Shown: positions 1 to 8,062 of the stretch, in pieces
How positions within the stretch are numbered: the first letter of the stretch is position 1
How the letters are laid out: every line of letters starts with the position of its first letter
NCBI GenBank assembly: GCA_041576165.1
Contig: JBFGLM010000078.1
Coordinates: 1-17,345 of the forward strand
DNA: 17,345 bases
Direction: 5' to 3'
From: Acidimicrobiia bacterium
GTDB lineage: Bacteria; Actinomycetota; Acidimicrobiia; Spongiisociales; Spongiisociaceae
Notes under the pieces: model-generated
The model's input: only the letters and a program-made list of their open reading frames with translations
Databases searched by the model: none
What the model was told of the DNA's origin: nothing
Program-made: the position numbers and the translations under genes

Positions 1-1
1 A

Positions 2-229
2 GACGCCATCATGTGGAATCCGGACGAAGCGGACGCGGCGATGTGGGAGGACCTGCGCGCCGAGTTCACCGAGCCCGAGCTCGTCGAGCTGGGTTACTGG
101 GTCGGGTTCACGTTTGGCGGGCAGCGTTGGCTGCGCACGCTTGCTTCGCAGCAGGGTCAACTCCAGGCGGCCATCGACCGAGCCGGCGTAGCGCACGTCG
201 TCAGCGGGCCCAGCACGACCAGCGACTGA
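2..229 (+). CDS. C-terminal part of a carboxymuconolactone decarboxylase/AhpD-like protein (5' truncated by window)
   Basis: Frame is open from the window edge: DAIMWNPDEADAAMWEDLRAEFTEPELVELGYWVG..., resembling the 'D..W..L...F.E.E.VEL' helix pattern of CMD/AhpD C-termini. Stop TGA at 227-229. Confidence 0.65.
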   Translation, partial: DAIMWNPDEADAAMWEDLRAEFTEPELVELGYWVGFTFGGQRWLRTLASQQGQLQAAIDRAGVAHVVSGPSTTSD

Positions 230-246
230 TCGCGCGGCAGGATCGG

Positions 247-1275
247 CTAGGGGACCAGCACTTCGCGGCCGATGACTGCGCGGGCGCGCACCCGCTCGTG
301 GAGCTCCTCGACCTGTTCAAGCGGATAGGTCCCGCTGACCACCGGCCGGATCTTGCCTGCGGCCACCAGGTCGACCACCTCAGCGAGCTCTCCGACGGAG
401 ACGTTGCGCGCGCCGAGCAACTCGAGCTCGTTCTGATAGAAGGCATGCGGCGAGATGGTCAGCTCGGTACCGGTGTGTGATCCGACCACCACCATCCTTC
501 CCCCCTTCGCCAGCGCCGCCAACCCGGCCGGCATCGTCGCCGGGCCGACCAGCTCGAGGATGCCGTCGAGGCCCCTACCGTCGGTCCAGCTGCGGGCGAC
601 TGCCGCCAGGTCCTCCTCTTCCGGGTTGACGGTGAGCTCGGCCCCATAGGCGGCAGCTGCGTCCAGCTTGGCGGCTGAGATGTCGGCCGCCAGCACCCGG
701 GCCCCCATCATCGAGGCGAGCTGCACGGCGTGGATGCCGACGCCGCCGCCGGCTCCTGTGACCATCACCCGCTCCCCGGGCCGGAGCCGCATCCGCTTCG
801 TGAGGGCGTGGTAGGGCGTGCCAATCGCGTTGGCGATGACCGACGCCTCGGGGAAACCCAGGGCCGGGGGAATCGCGACCAGGTTGCGAGCGGGGAGCGC
901 CACATACTCGGCGTAGCCGCCGGGAATGCTGACACCGACGTGACCGCCGAAGTTCTCACAGATCGTCTCCCGGCCGGACCGGCAGTGGCGACAGTGGCCG
1001 CATACGAGATACAGCGAGGCCGCCACCCGATCGCCCGGCGCCCAACCAGTGACGGCTGCGCCACTGGAGACCACCTCCCCGGCGATCTCGTGTCCGATGA
1101 TGAGTGGCAGCACGGCATGGCTCCACCGCCCCTCCCGGATGGCCAGATCGAACTGGTCCACGGCACACGCTCGGACCCGCAGCAGGACTTGACCCATGGC
1201 CGGTTCCGGCACCGGGATCTGGCGCAGCTGCAGCTGACCACCGAACTCATCCAGCTGAATTGCACGCATCCTCAT
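247..1275 (-). CDS. Medium-chain (zinc-binding) alcohol dehydrogenase/reductase, MDR family
   Basis: Starts MRMRAIQLDEFGG (ATG 1275 or 1269). GHEIAG motif, structural Zn motif CGHCRHCRSGRETIC, Rossmann motif VTGAGGGVG. Confidence 0.92.
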   Translation of the reverse strand: MRMRAIQLDEFGGQLQLRQIPVPEPAMGQVLLRVRACAVDQFDLAIREGRWSHAVLPLIIGHEIAGEVVSSGAAVTGWAPGDRVAASLYLVCGHCRHCRSGRETICENFGGHVGVSIPGGYAEYVALPARNLVAIPPALGFPEASVIANAIGTPYHALTKRMRLRPGERVMVTGAGGGVGIHAVQLASMMGARVLAADISAAKLDAAAAYGAELTVNPEEEDLAAVARSWTDGRGLDGILELVGPATMPAGLAALAKGGRMVVVGSHTGTELTISPHAFYQNELELLGARNVSVGELAEVVDLVAAGKIRPVVSGTYPLEQVEELHERVRARAVIGREVLVP

Positions 1276-1310
1276 GGACGCGGACCTTACCGATGTGGTA
1301 GCAAACCGGC

Positions 1311-2477
1311 ATGCACGATGAGGAAGCACGCGGATTTCAGCTAATCGGCCACTCGGATCTGGGCGGCTACGGCGACGGTATGCAACTGATGCGCGCCGGC
1401 GACGCCCTGTATGTCGGCCACTTCGGGCCGTCCGGGATGGGGACGTCGATTCTCGACGTCTCCGACGTCACGAGTCCCAAGCTGGTCCACCAGTGGCCGG
1501 CTCCCGCTCACAGTCACACTCACAAGGTGCAGGTGGCCGACGGGCTCCTGTTGACCAACCATGAGCGGTTTCGCAGCGACGATCCTTGGTCGGCGGGCAT
1601 GGCCGTATACGATCTCTCCGATCCGTTCGCCCCCAGGCAGGTCGGGTTCTGGGAATCCACTGGGCGGGGGGTGCATCGGATCGTCTACGAGGGCGGACGC
1701 TACGCCTACTTGTCGGCAGCTCCCGATGGATTCGATGACCGGATCTGGGTGATCGTCGATCTCGACGATCCGGCGGCTCCGGTCGAAGTCGGTCGCTGGT
1801 GGTGGCCCGGGCAGTGGGTTGCGGGCGGGGAGGTGCCCGACTGGCCGCCGGGTCAGAATTGGAACACGCACCATGCCATGGTGCAGGGGGAGCGGGCTTA
1901 CCTCGGTTTCTGGGACGGCGGCATGGTGATCTTGAACATCTCCGATCTCAGCGCGCCGACGGTCATCTCGCATCTCAACTGGGACGAGGGCGGCGAGACC
2001 CACACCTGCCTTCCGTTGCCTGGCCGCGATCTGGTCGTGGTCACCGACGAGGCGACCACGGACGGGTGTGAAGGTCCGCCTCACATGGTTCGGGTGGTCG
2101 ATGTCAGTGATGAGCGCGATCCGCATGTCCTCGCCATCTGCCCGGAGCCGGAGGGCGACTTCTGCGACCGCGGCCTACGCTTTGGGGCCCACTGCCTCCA
2201 CGAGAACCGCCCCGACAGCTACCGCAGCGAGGAGTTGATGTTCGTGACGTATTTCAACGCCGGCCTGCGCGTGTACGACCTGGCGGACCCCAGCTCCCCG
2301 CAGGAGATCGCCGCGTACGTTCCGCAGTGTCCCCCCGGTCAGCAAGCCATTCAGATAAACGATGTGTGGGTCGGCGAAGACCATCTCGTCTACATCTCAG
2401 ATCGCGTCACCGGTGGGGTCTACATACTCGAACCAGCCGCCGCGCTGCGCGCCCGCATGGTGGAAGCCGCGTTATGA
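1311..2477 (+). CDS. LVIVD-repeat beta-propeller protein
   Basis: Repeated blades ILDVSDVTSPKLV, VYDLSDPFAPRQVG, IVDLDDPAAPVEVG, ILNISDLSAP, VVDVSDERDP, VYDLADPSSPQEIA. 388 aa; stop overlaps the next start (ATGA). Confidence 0.88.
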   Translation: MHDEEARGFQLIGHSDLGGYGDGMQLMRAGDALYVGHFGPSGMGTSILDVSDVTSPKLVHQWPAPAHSHTHKVQVADGLLLTNHERFRSDDPWSAGMAVYDLSDPFAPRQVGFWESTGRGVHRIVYEGGRYAYLSAAPDGFDDRIWVIVDLDDPAAPVEVGRWWWPGQWVAGGEVPDWPPGQNWNTHHAMVQGERAYLGFWDGGMVILNISDLSAPTVISHLNWDEGGETHTCLPLPGRDLVVVTDEATTDGCEGPPHMVRVVDVSDERDPHVLAICPEPEGDFCDRGLRFGAHCLHENRPDSYRSEELMFVTYFNAGLRVYDLADPSSPQEIAAYVPQCPPGQQAIQINDVWVGEDHLVYISDRVTGGVYILEPAAALRARMVEAAL

Positions 2478-3457
2478 GCATCGACGTCCACGCTCATTGC
2501 GTGCCTGCCGAGCTGCTCGATGCATTGGCTACGGACGGAGCCGACTTCGACATCGAGCTGACGGACGATCGGCGGGCGGTGATCGCGGGCGGCAAGCCGA
2601 CGATGGCAATCCGCGACGACCTGGTCGATTCTCCCGCCCGGCTGGCGGCTATGGACGCGGCCGGCATCGAGATCCAGGTGTTGTCGAGCTGGGTGAACCT
2701 CACCGCCTACGGGCTGGATGCTGCCCACGGAGAGCGCTGGTCGCGTCGGGTCAACGAGGCGCTGGCCGCCGAGGCCGCTCGCCATCCAGACCGTTTCTTG
2801 GCGCTGGCCACCGTTCCTCTGCAGGAGCCGCAGATGGCGGCCGCAGAGCTGCGGCACGCCACCACTGAACTGGGGATGGTCGGCATCGAGATCGCCACGA
2901 CCGTGGCCGGAGTCGATCTGGTGGCCGCCGAACTGGAGCCGTTTTGGGCCGCGGCGGCGGAGCTGGGCAGCCTGGTGTTGCTGCATCCCATGGATCCGCT
3001 TCCCGGCATCGATCTGAAGCAGCACTTCCTGGACAACATGGTCGGCCGACCGGCGGAGACGACCATCGCCATCGCCCGCCTGATCATGGCCGGCCTTTTC
3101 GATCGCCATCCCGATCTGCGCGTATGTGTGGTGCACGGCGGTGGTTTCCTGCCCTATCAGGTGGGTCGTATGCAGCGTGGATGGACCGCTAAGCCGGCGC
3201 TGGCAGCCACCGACCTGGAAACGGCGCCGATCGAGACGATCAAGCGGCTGTACTTCGACACGATCGTGCACAACCCGTTGGCGCTGCGCTATCTGATCGA
3301 CCTGGTGGGAGCGGACCGGATCACCCTCGGTACCGACTATCCCTTCGAGGCCGGCGATCCCGATCCGATCGGCACGGTGGACGCGGTCCCGGGTCTCACC
3401 GCAGAGGAGCGCGAGTGGATCGTCGCCGGCACCGCCCGGAAACTGCTGGGCCGCTGA
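2474..3457 (+). CDS. Amidohydrolase family 2 protein (ACMSD/decarboxylase-like)
   Basis: Starts MSIDVHAH (HxH metal motif) at ATG 2474, coupled to the upstream stop. LLHP, VHGGGF, LYFDT and GTDYPF motifs. Confidence 0.92.
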   Translation: MSIDVHAHCVPAELLDALATDGADFDIELTDDRRAVIAGGKPTMAIRDDLVDSPARLAAMDAAGIEIQVLSSWVNLTAYGLDAAHGERWSRRVNEALAAEAARHPDRFLALATVPLQEPQMAAAELRHATTELGMVGIEIATTVAGVDLVAAELEPFWAAAAELGSLVLLHPMDPLPGIDLKQHFLDNMVGRPAETTIAIARLIMAGLFDRHPDLRVCVVHGGGFLPYQVGRMQRGWTAKPALAATDLETAPIETIKRLYFDTIVHNPLALRYLIDLVGADRITLGTDYPFEAGDPDPIGTVDAVPGLTAEEREWIVAGTARKLLGR

Positions 3458-3478
3458 CCGTATTGGAGCCGACTGCTA

Positions 3479-3769
3479 TCAGATGAACGTGCCTTCCTCC
3501 GTGTCCTTGACTGCGTGCAGCCGGTCGATCAGCCACAGCATCTCGGTGAGCACTTCGTCTTCCAGCAGCCGGGTCATCGTCTCCGCCTTGCCGATGAACT
3601 GACGGAAGCGCTTGACGAGCGCATGATTCGGGTCGTCACTGGCCGCTTCCTCGTCGATCAGGCGGCCCAGCAGCTCCCGATATTCGTCGATCCGCTCGAG
3701 CAGCTCATAGAAGGCAGCCTCCACCGGTTCGGTGCGGGCCTTGACCTGTTCGTATTTGCTCACAGCCAT
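3479..3769 (-). CDS. Small acidic alpha-helical hypothetical protein (96 aa), coupled to the selenoprotein gene
   Basis: MAVSKYEQVKARTEPVEAAFYELLERIDEYRELLGRL...TEEGTFI. ATG 3769 overlaps the last 10 nt of the upstream gene. Amphipathic helix pattern and GC-typical codon use. Confidence 0.75.
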   Translation of the reverse strand: MAVSKYEQVKARTEPVEAAFYELLERIDEYRELLGRLIDEEAASDDPNHALVKRFRQFIGKAETMTRLLEDEVLTEMLWLIDRLHAVKDTEEGTFI

Positions 3770-4548
3770 TTCTTCCAGCGTCGCCAACGGTAGGGAAGTT
3801 CGATCACGGTAGGTGCCGCCGCCGTCTCCAGCAGCTGAAGCAGATCCTCGAGCACCAGGTGGTGCTGGGCCGGCTGATGGGGCTCGCCGAACGGGTTCCC
3901 CAGCGGGAAGCGCACGTAGGCGGCACGCGAAACGTTCATGAACAGGGTGATCTCCGGACGCAGCGTCAGGCTCACGGTGGCGATGCCGACTCTTTCGATG
4001 GCACCCTGCACCAGCCCGACCGACCGGTGACACATTGGTCAGCCAGGAGCGAGAATCGCCACGTCCACCTCGGCCGTCTGCAGCTCTGCCGCCACGGCCG
4101 GACCGGTCTCGTCCGCAATCGGAGTCGGGTCGGGGTTGAAACCCATCATGCCGATGTGGATGGGGGAGGAGGCGCCGAGTCGCCGGCTGGTGACGATCTC
4201 GGCGAGCCGAGCGATCGGCAGCACGACGTTCGGATCCTGGGCGGCGCTACTCGTGTCGTAGTGGGTGTGCGCAAAGCGCAAACTGGTCAGGTCGACGTCG
4301 TCGGGAATCACGCGAAAGCTGGCATCGCCGGCGATCGTGGCAGTGTGAAACGGCTCCTGGTCGGCGAGGTGGGCGCCGGCCGTCGTCACGAGGGCGACGC
4401 GTGATTCGCTGAGCGGCTTTCCCAAAGGCGTGAATACCGGCTGATCGTTCACCCGATGGTTGGTGGCTCCATGGCTCGCCGCGATGCGCTCCAGCCAAGC
4501 CTGGTATTTCTCCCGAAAGTCGTTCGGGTCGAGCGCAGTCATTGCCAC
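3760..4548 (-). CDS. PrdB/GrdB-like reductase selenoprotein B; in-frame UGA (4041-4039) = selenocysteine
   Basis: ORFs 4039..(4548) and 3760..4035 share one frame and join as ...VDVAILAPG-U-PMCHRSVGLVQGAIERVGIATVSL...; PrdB from memory reads TAGUGTCHRS. N-half has KPLSESRVALVTTAGAH, GDASFRVIP, HYD...DPNVVLP; C-half has PLGNPFGEPH and LPY. GGAGG RBS lies 8 nt before GTG 4548 (alternative ATG 4542). Confidence 0.9.
4007..4032 (-). promoter_or_regulatory. Bacterial SECIS-like hairpin directly 3' of the Sec UGA
   Basis: mRNA: UGA CCAAUG UG-U-CACCGGUC GGUCG GGCUGGUG-CA. 8-bp stem with 2 G-U pairs, extended by UG/CA past a bulged U. The G-initiated loop starts 17 nt after the UGA and contains GGUC as in the E. 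coli fdhF SECIS. Confidence 0.8.
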
Positions 4549-4586
4549 GGCGGTAGCCTCCCCGGGATCCAGCGCAGAGGAATCTA

Positions 4587-5726
4587 ATGACTGCAACTCT
4601 CGGTTTCGCTCCCAGCGAGGACCCGTTCGTCGTCGAGCATGGCGGCTTCTATCGCCGCTGGCTGTCGATGATCGACGACTTGAGCGAGCTGGAATCGATC
4701 GTCGCCCAGTTGGAGAGCACCACCGAGGACAAGTGGATCCCGGTGTGGAAAGCGGCTGGAGAGCGCCACGAGGCCGTAGGGGACCGGCTGGAGGCGGCCG
4801 GGGACTACGAGGGCGCCCGGCGTGCGTACCTCCAGGCCAAGACCTACTACGCCATTGGGCGGTTTCCGGGTGAGATAACGCCCGCCAAGGCAGCGGTGAG
4901 CGCCGACTGTGCCCGGGCCTATCGCAAAGCCTGCCAGCATCTCGACCCTCCGCTCGAGATCGTCGAAGTCGAGTGCGATGGCCAGAACGTGAGGGCCCAT
5001 TTCCGGGCACCCGCCGGCGCCGGCGCCGACGAGCCTGCGCCGGCTGTGCTGATCATGTGCGGCGCCGACGTGTTCAAGGAGGATCGCGGCTGGGCGGGGG
5101 AGATGGCGCTGGACGAGGGTCTGGCTTCACTCGTCATGGACGGACCGGGCACCGGGGAGAACCCCTTCCCCTGGGACCCCGCCTCCGTCAAGGCCTGGAT
5201 CGCCGCCATCGACTTCCTGGCCGCCCGACCCGAGGTGGACCGAGACCGGATCGCCGCCTTCGGCATCAGCCGCGGGGGCTACTCGGTGATGCAGCTGGCC
5301 GGGGAGTACGCGGAGATGGTCAAGGCGGTGGTGGCCATCGCCGGGCATCCCTTCGGCTACCGCATGACGGAAGTAGAGCTCGACGCCTTCATTGCGGCGC
5401 GCAACAAGCGCGCCACCTTCGTCTTTGGTGAGCCCGGGGGGCCTCCTTCGTTCCCCACGTGGTCGCGAGAGCGGGAAGAGGAGATCTTCTCGAAGTGGGC
5501 GCTGTCGGAGTTGGGCATCCTGGACAACATCACACAGCCGATCCTCATGATCAACGGCAAGCTCGATCATCTGGCGCCCGTCGGCAACATCTACTTCATG
5601 CTCGAGCACGGCCCGGTCACCGGCCGCGAGGCCCGGATCTATCCCGACGCCGGCCACTGTGCGTTCAAGTACTACCGGGAATGGGCGCCGGCATCGTTTG
5701 CCTGGATCCGGGACAAGCTCGGCTAG
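4587..5726 (+). CDS. Alpha/beta hydrolase, FrsA / 2,6-dihydroxy-pseudooxynicotine hydrolase-like
   Basis: Nucleophile elbow GISRGG, CGADVFKED, DGPGTGE, catalytic Asp (GKLD) and His (DAGHC), N-terminal helical cap. GAGGA RBS just upstream. Confidence 0.88.
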   Translation: MTATLGFAPSEDPFVVEHGGFYRRWLSMIDDLSELESIVAQLESTTEDKWIPVWKAAGERHEAVGDRLEAAGDYEGARRAYLQAKTYYAIGRFPGEITPAKAAVSADCARAYRKACQHLDPPLEIVEVECDGQNVRAHFRAPAGAGADEPAPAVLIMCGADVFKEDRGWAGEMALDEGLASLVMDGPGTGENPFPWDPASVKAWIAAIDFLAARPEVDRDRIAAFGISRGGYSVMQLAGEYAEMVKAVVAIAGHPFGYRMTEVELDAFIAARNKRATFVFGEPGGPPSFPTWSREREEEIFSKWALSELGILDNITQPILMINGKLDHLAPVGNIYFMLEHGPVTGREARIYPDAGHCAFKYYREWAPASFAWIRDKLG

Positions 5727-5740
5727 CGGCCGACGGCACG

Positions 5741-6676
5741 ATGGAGATGCAGTACCGCCGGCTCGGCCGCACCGAGCTCGAGGTGTCCCGCCTGTCTCTC
5801 GGCACCGGCGGCCCCAACCGCATGGGCCAGAAACGCGGTGCAGACCGCGACGACATGATCGCGCTGGTTCACGGTGCTCTCGACCTCGGAGTGAACCTGT
5901 TCGACACGTCACCCAGGTACATGGAGAGCGAAGTGGTCCTTGGAGAGGCGCTGCGTGCGGTGCACAGGGACCGGTACCTGGTCACGACCAAGTTCCACCC
6001 GGGTTATGAAGGCCCCATTCCCGATGCGGCGGAACTCGCCGAGTCGGTGGAGTCGAGCTTGCGGCGCCTCGCCACCGACCACATCGACGTTCTCTTCCTG
6101 CACAGCGTGACCCCGGATCGGTACGAGGCAGCGCTCGATCAGCTCATGCCCGAGATGGAACGGCTTCGGGACAAGGGCCTGATCCGCCACCTCGGCATGA
6201 CTGAGTCGCCGGTCTTCGATCCGACCCACGTGAGCCTGAGCCGAGCGGTCGCGGATGGACGCTTCGACGTTGTGATGGTCGTCTACAACCTGCTGAATCA
6301 GACGGCCGCAGACGAGCTCCTGCCGGCGGCCGCCGCAGCCGAGGTGGGAGTGGTCGGCATGATCGCCGTGGGTCGGCAGCTCAGCAGCCACGAACAGGTG
6401 GACGCGCTCTTGCAGGATTGGGCGGACCGTGGCCTCGTCGATTCGCCGGAAGACGGCCTCAGGTGGCTGATATCTGGTGACGTTCGCTCCCTCGCCGACG
6501 CCGCGTACCGGTTTGCCGCGGCCCCGCCGGAAATGACCACGGTGCTCACCGGCACTGCCAACCTCAGCCATCTGCACGACAACATCGCATCCATCCTCGG
6601 CCCGGCGCTTGCGGAGTCCCACGTGGATCGGTTACGCGAGCTGTTTTTCGGAGTCGCCGAGCCGGTAGCTCGCTGA
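5741..6676 (+). CDS. Aldo/keto reductase
   Basis: MEMQYRRLGRTELEVSRLSLGT, FDTSPRY, VTTK, SLRRLATDHIDVLFLH (D/Y/K/H tetrad present). Start 5741 or 5747. Confidence 0.92.
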   Translation: MEMQYRRLGRTELEVSRLSLGTGGPNRMGQKRGADRDDMIALVHGALDLGVNLFDTSPRYMESEVVLGEALRAVHRDRYLVTTKFHPGYEGPIPDAAELAESVESSLRRLATDHIDVLFLHSVTPDRYEAALDQLMPEMERLRDKGLIRHLGMTESPVFDPTHVSLSRAVADGRFDVVMVVYNLLNQTAADELLPAAAAAEVGVVGMIAVGRQLSSHEQVDALLQDWADRGLVDSPEDGLRWLISGDVRSLADAAYRFAAAPPEMTTVLTGTANLSHLHDNIASILGPALAESHVDRLRELFFGVAEPVAR

Positions 6677-6780
6677 GGCGTAACCGCACACCGCAGTGCC
6701 GTTATCGGACACCTGGCGGAATGTTCGTTACTGCGCCGTATTTGGTGATCGGTGCGGCCGGTGTCTGACCGGGATGGTTT

Positions 6781-6930
6781 CTACGGGGCCACCGCATGCC
6801 GTTGCTGTTGGCGAAGTCGCTTCTCGACCCAATAGTGGGCGAACGGCTCGTCGTTGAACGGGGCTACCTCTTCGTAGCCGGCCGAGTGGTACACGCTGAT
6901 CGCCTCACGCATCGCCTTGTTGGTTTCTTG
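6781..6930 (-). pseudogene. Orphan C-terminal fragment of a GNAT N-acetyltransferase (MarR-GNAT-like tail)
   Basis: Hand translation, not in the ORF track: QETNKAMREAISVYHSAGYEEVAPFNDEPFAHYWVEKRLRQQQRHAVAP*. Matches the GNAT motif-B pattern 'ETN..L.EA..LY...GY....PFN.EP.AH.W.EK.L'. No N-terminal portion present. Confidence 0.72.
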
Positions 6931-6945
6931 GCTGAGCAGTGCCCG

Positions 6946-7650
6946 TCAGATGGCGCGATTGATCCTCGTCAGGTGGGCGTTGAAGTTGGCCTTAGGATCG
7001 GAGCGTCGTTGCGAGAGGAATTCATCCAGCTCGAAGGCCTCGCCCAGAGCTGTGCCCGACGCGATCTCCTGGGCCAACGCCTCCTCTTGCTGGCGGGCGG
7101 CCTCAGCAGCCTCAACGATCTGATCCAGACCGTTCTCGCCAAGGATGATCACCCCGTCCGCATCTCCGAAGATCCACATCCCCGGACTTACGGTGGCTCC
7201 ACCCACGGAAATATCCCCGCCGACCTCACCGATGCCCCTTAGCTCGGCGGACACTTTGAGGGGACCGGCCGGGTGGGAACCCCGACAGAAGACGGGAAGT
7301 CCCATGGCAGTCAGTGCGACCGTATCGCGCACCAGGCCATCGACCACGAACCCGGCGAGCCCTTTGCGAACCGCTTCAGTTCCGATCAGATCGCCCATCA
7401 GAGCTGCTGGAACACTCTGGTTGGAGATCACGACAACGTCACCGGGCTCGGCCTGGTGCACCGCGTCCAAGATCGAGACCAAGTCGGTTTGGGCGTTTAC
7501 GGTGACCGCCGGACCAGCCAGCTTGCTGGCTCGATCCAGCGGATGGAGGCCCGGTGCGGGAAGACCGAGGGCGATTCCCGTCCGAAACGCCGAGTCTGCC
7601 AAGAGTGATGTGCTGTAACTCTGCCTGAAGAGATCTGCATAGTCCGTCAT
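6946..7650 (-). CDS. RraA family protein (HMG/CHA aldolase-like)
   Basis: AGPAVTV, PGDVVVI, ALMGDLI, GFVVDGLVRD, VGGATVSPG.WIFGDADGV. GGAG RBS at 7658-7655. Confidence 0.9.
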   Translation of the reverse strand: MTDYADLFRQSYSTSLLADSAFRTGIALGLPAPGLHPLDRASKLAGPAVTVNAQTDLVSILDAVHQAEPGDVVVISNQSVPAALMGDLIGTEAVRKGLAGFVVDGLVRDTVALTAMGLPVFCRGSHPAGPLKVSAELRGIGEVGGDISVGGATVSPGMWIFGDADGVIILGENGLDQIVEAAEAARQQEEALAQEIASGTALGEAFELDEFLSQRRSDPKANFNAHLTRINRAI

Positions 7651-7859
7651 CCGGCTCCTGGTTCGCTACCCCGGTACGTTAGGCCGTGCTGCCATTGGCC
7701 TGGGGCCCGATCTGCGGCCCGCTGGCCACACGCCCAGATCACCCACCACGACGAGCAATCTCGCGCACCATCTGCCGAGCCGATCCGGCAGGGAGGGTGT
7801 TGGGGTGCGCTGATCGTGGTGAGTGGCTGTCACCCTCGGCTGGGATCTACGGTTGGTTT

Positions 7860-8038
7860 GTTCCTGGGGTTGGCTTGGCTCACGAACCGGCTGACGCCTC
7901 GATGGTTGGGGTTGTCTTTCGAATGACTCGCCGGCGGGCCCCGGGAACGGCACTCACCGGTCGGGCGGGAGACTGTCACCGGTCCTGTTAACGCCAGGCC
8001 CGGTGGTCTCTGGTCCACCCTCCCGGCAAGTGCGTGCC
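7860..8038 (+). ncRNA. Putative bridge-RNA-like module 1 (left non-coding end)
   Basis: Stem GTTCCTGGGG(7860-69)/CCCCGGGAAC(7939-48) encloses a large internal loop and an AACC/GGTT inner hairpin. A second domain follows, closed by GGCAC(7949-53)/GTGCC(8034-38). Confidence 0.6.
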
Positions 8039-8062
8039 ACCCCTATCCGCTAGTGAGGAGGG

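Noticed and set aside
3760-3762. Second UGA at the end of the selenoprotein as another Sec
   Set aside because: It lies just past the family's normal C-terminus (LPY...), the next gene starts across it, and I see no hairpin.
4039-5010. 323-aa ORF as listed, with 3760..4035 as a separate gene
   Set aside because: The N-terminal ~154 aa is antisense shadow of the hydrolase. The real gene starts at 4548/4542 and continues through the UGA.
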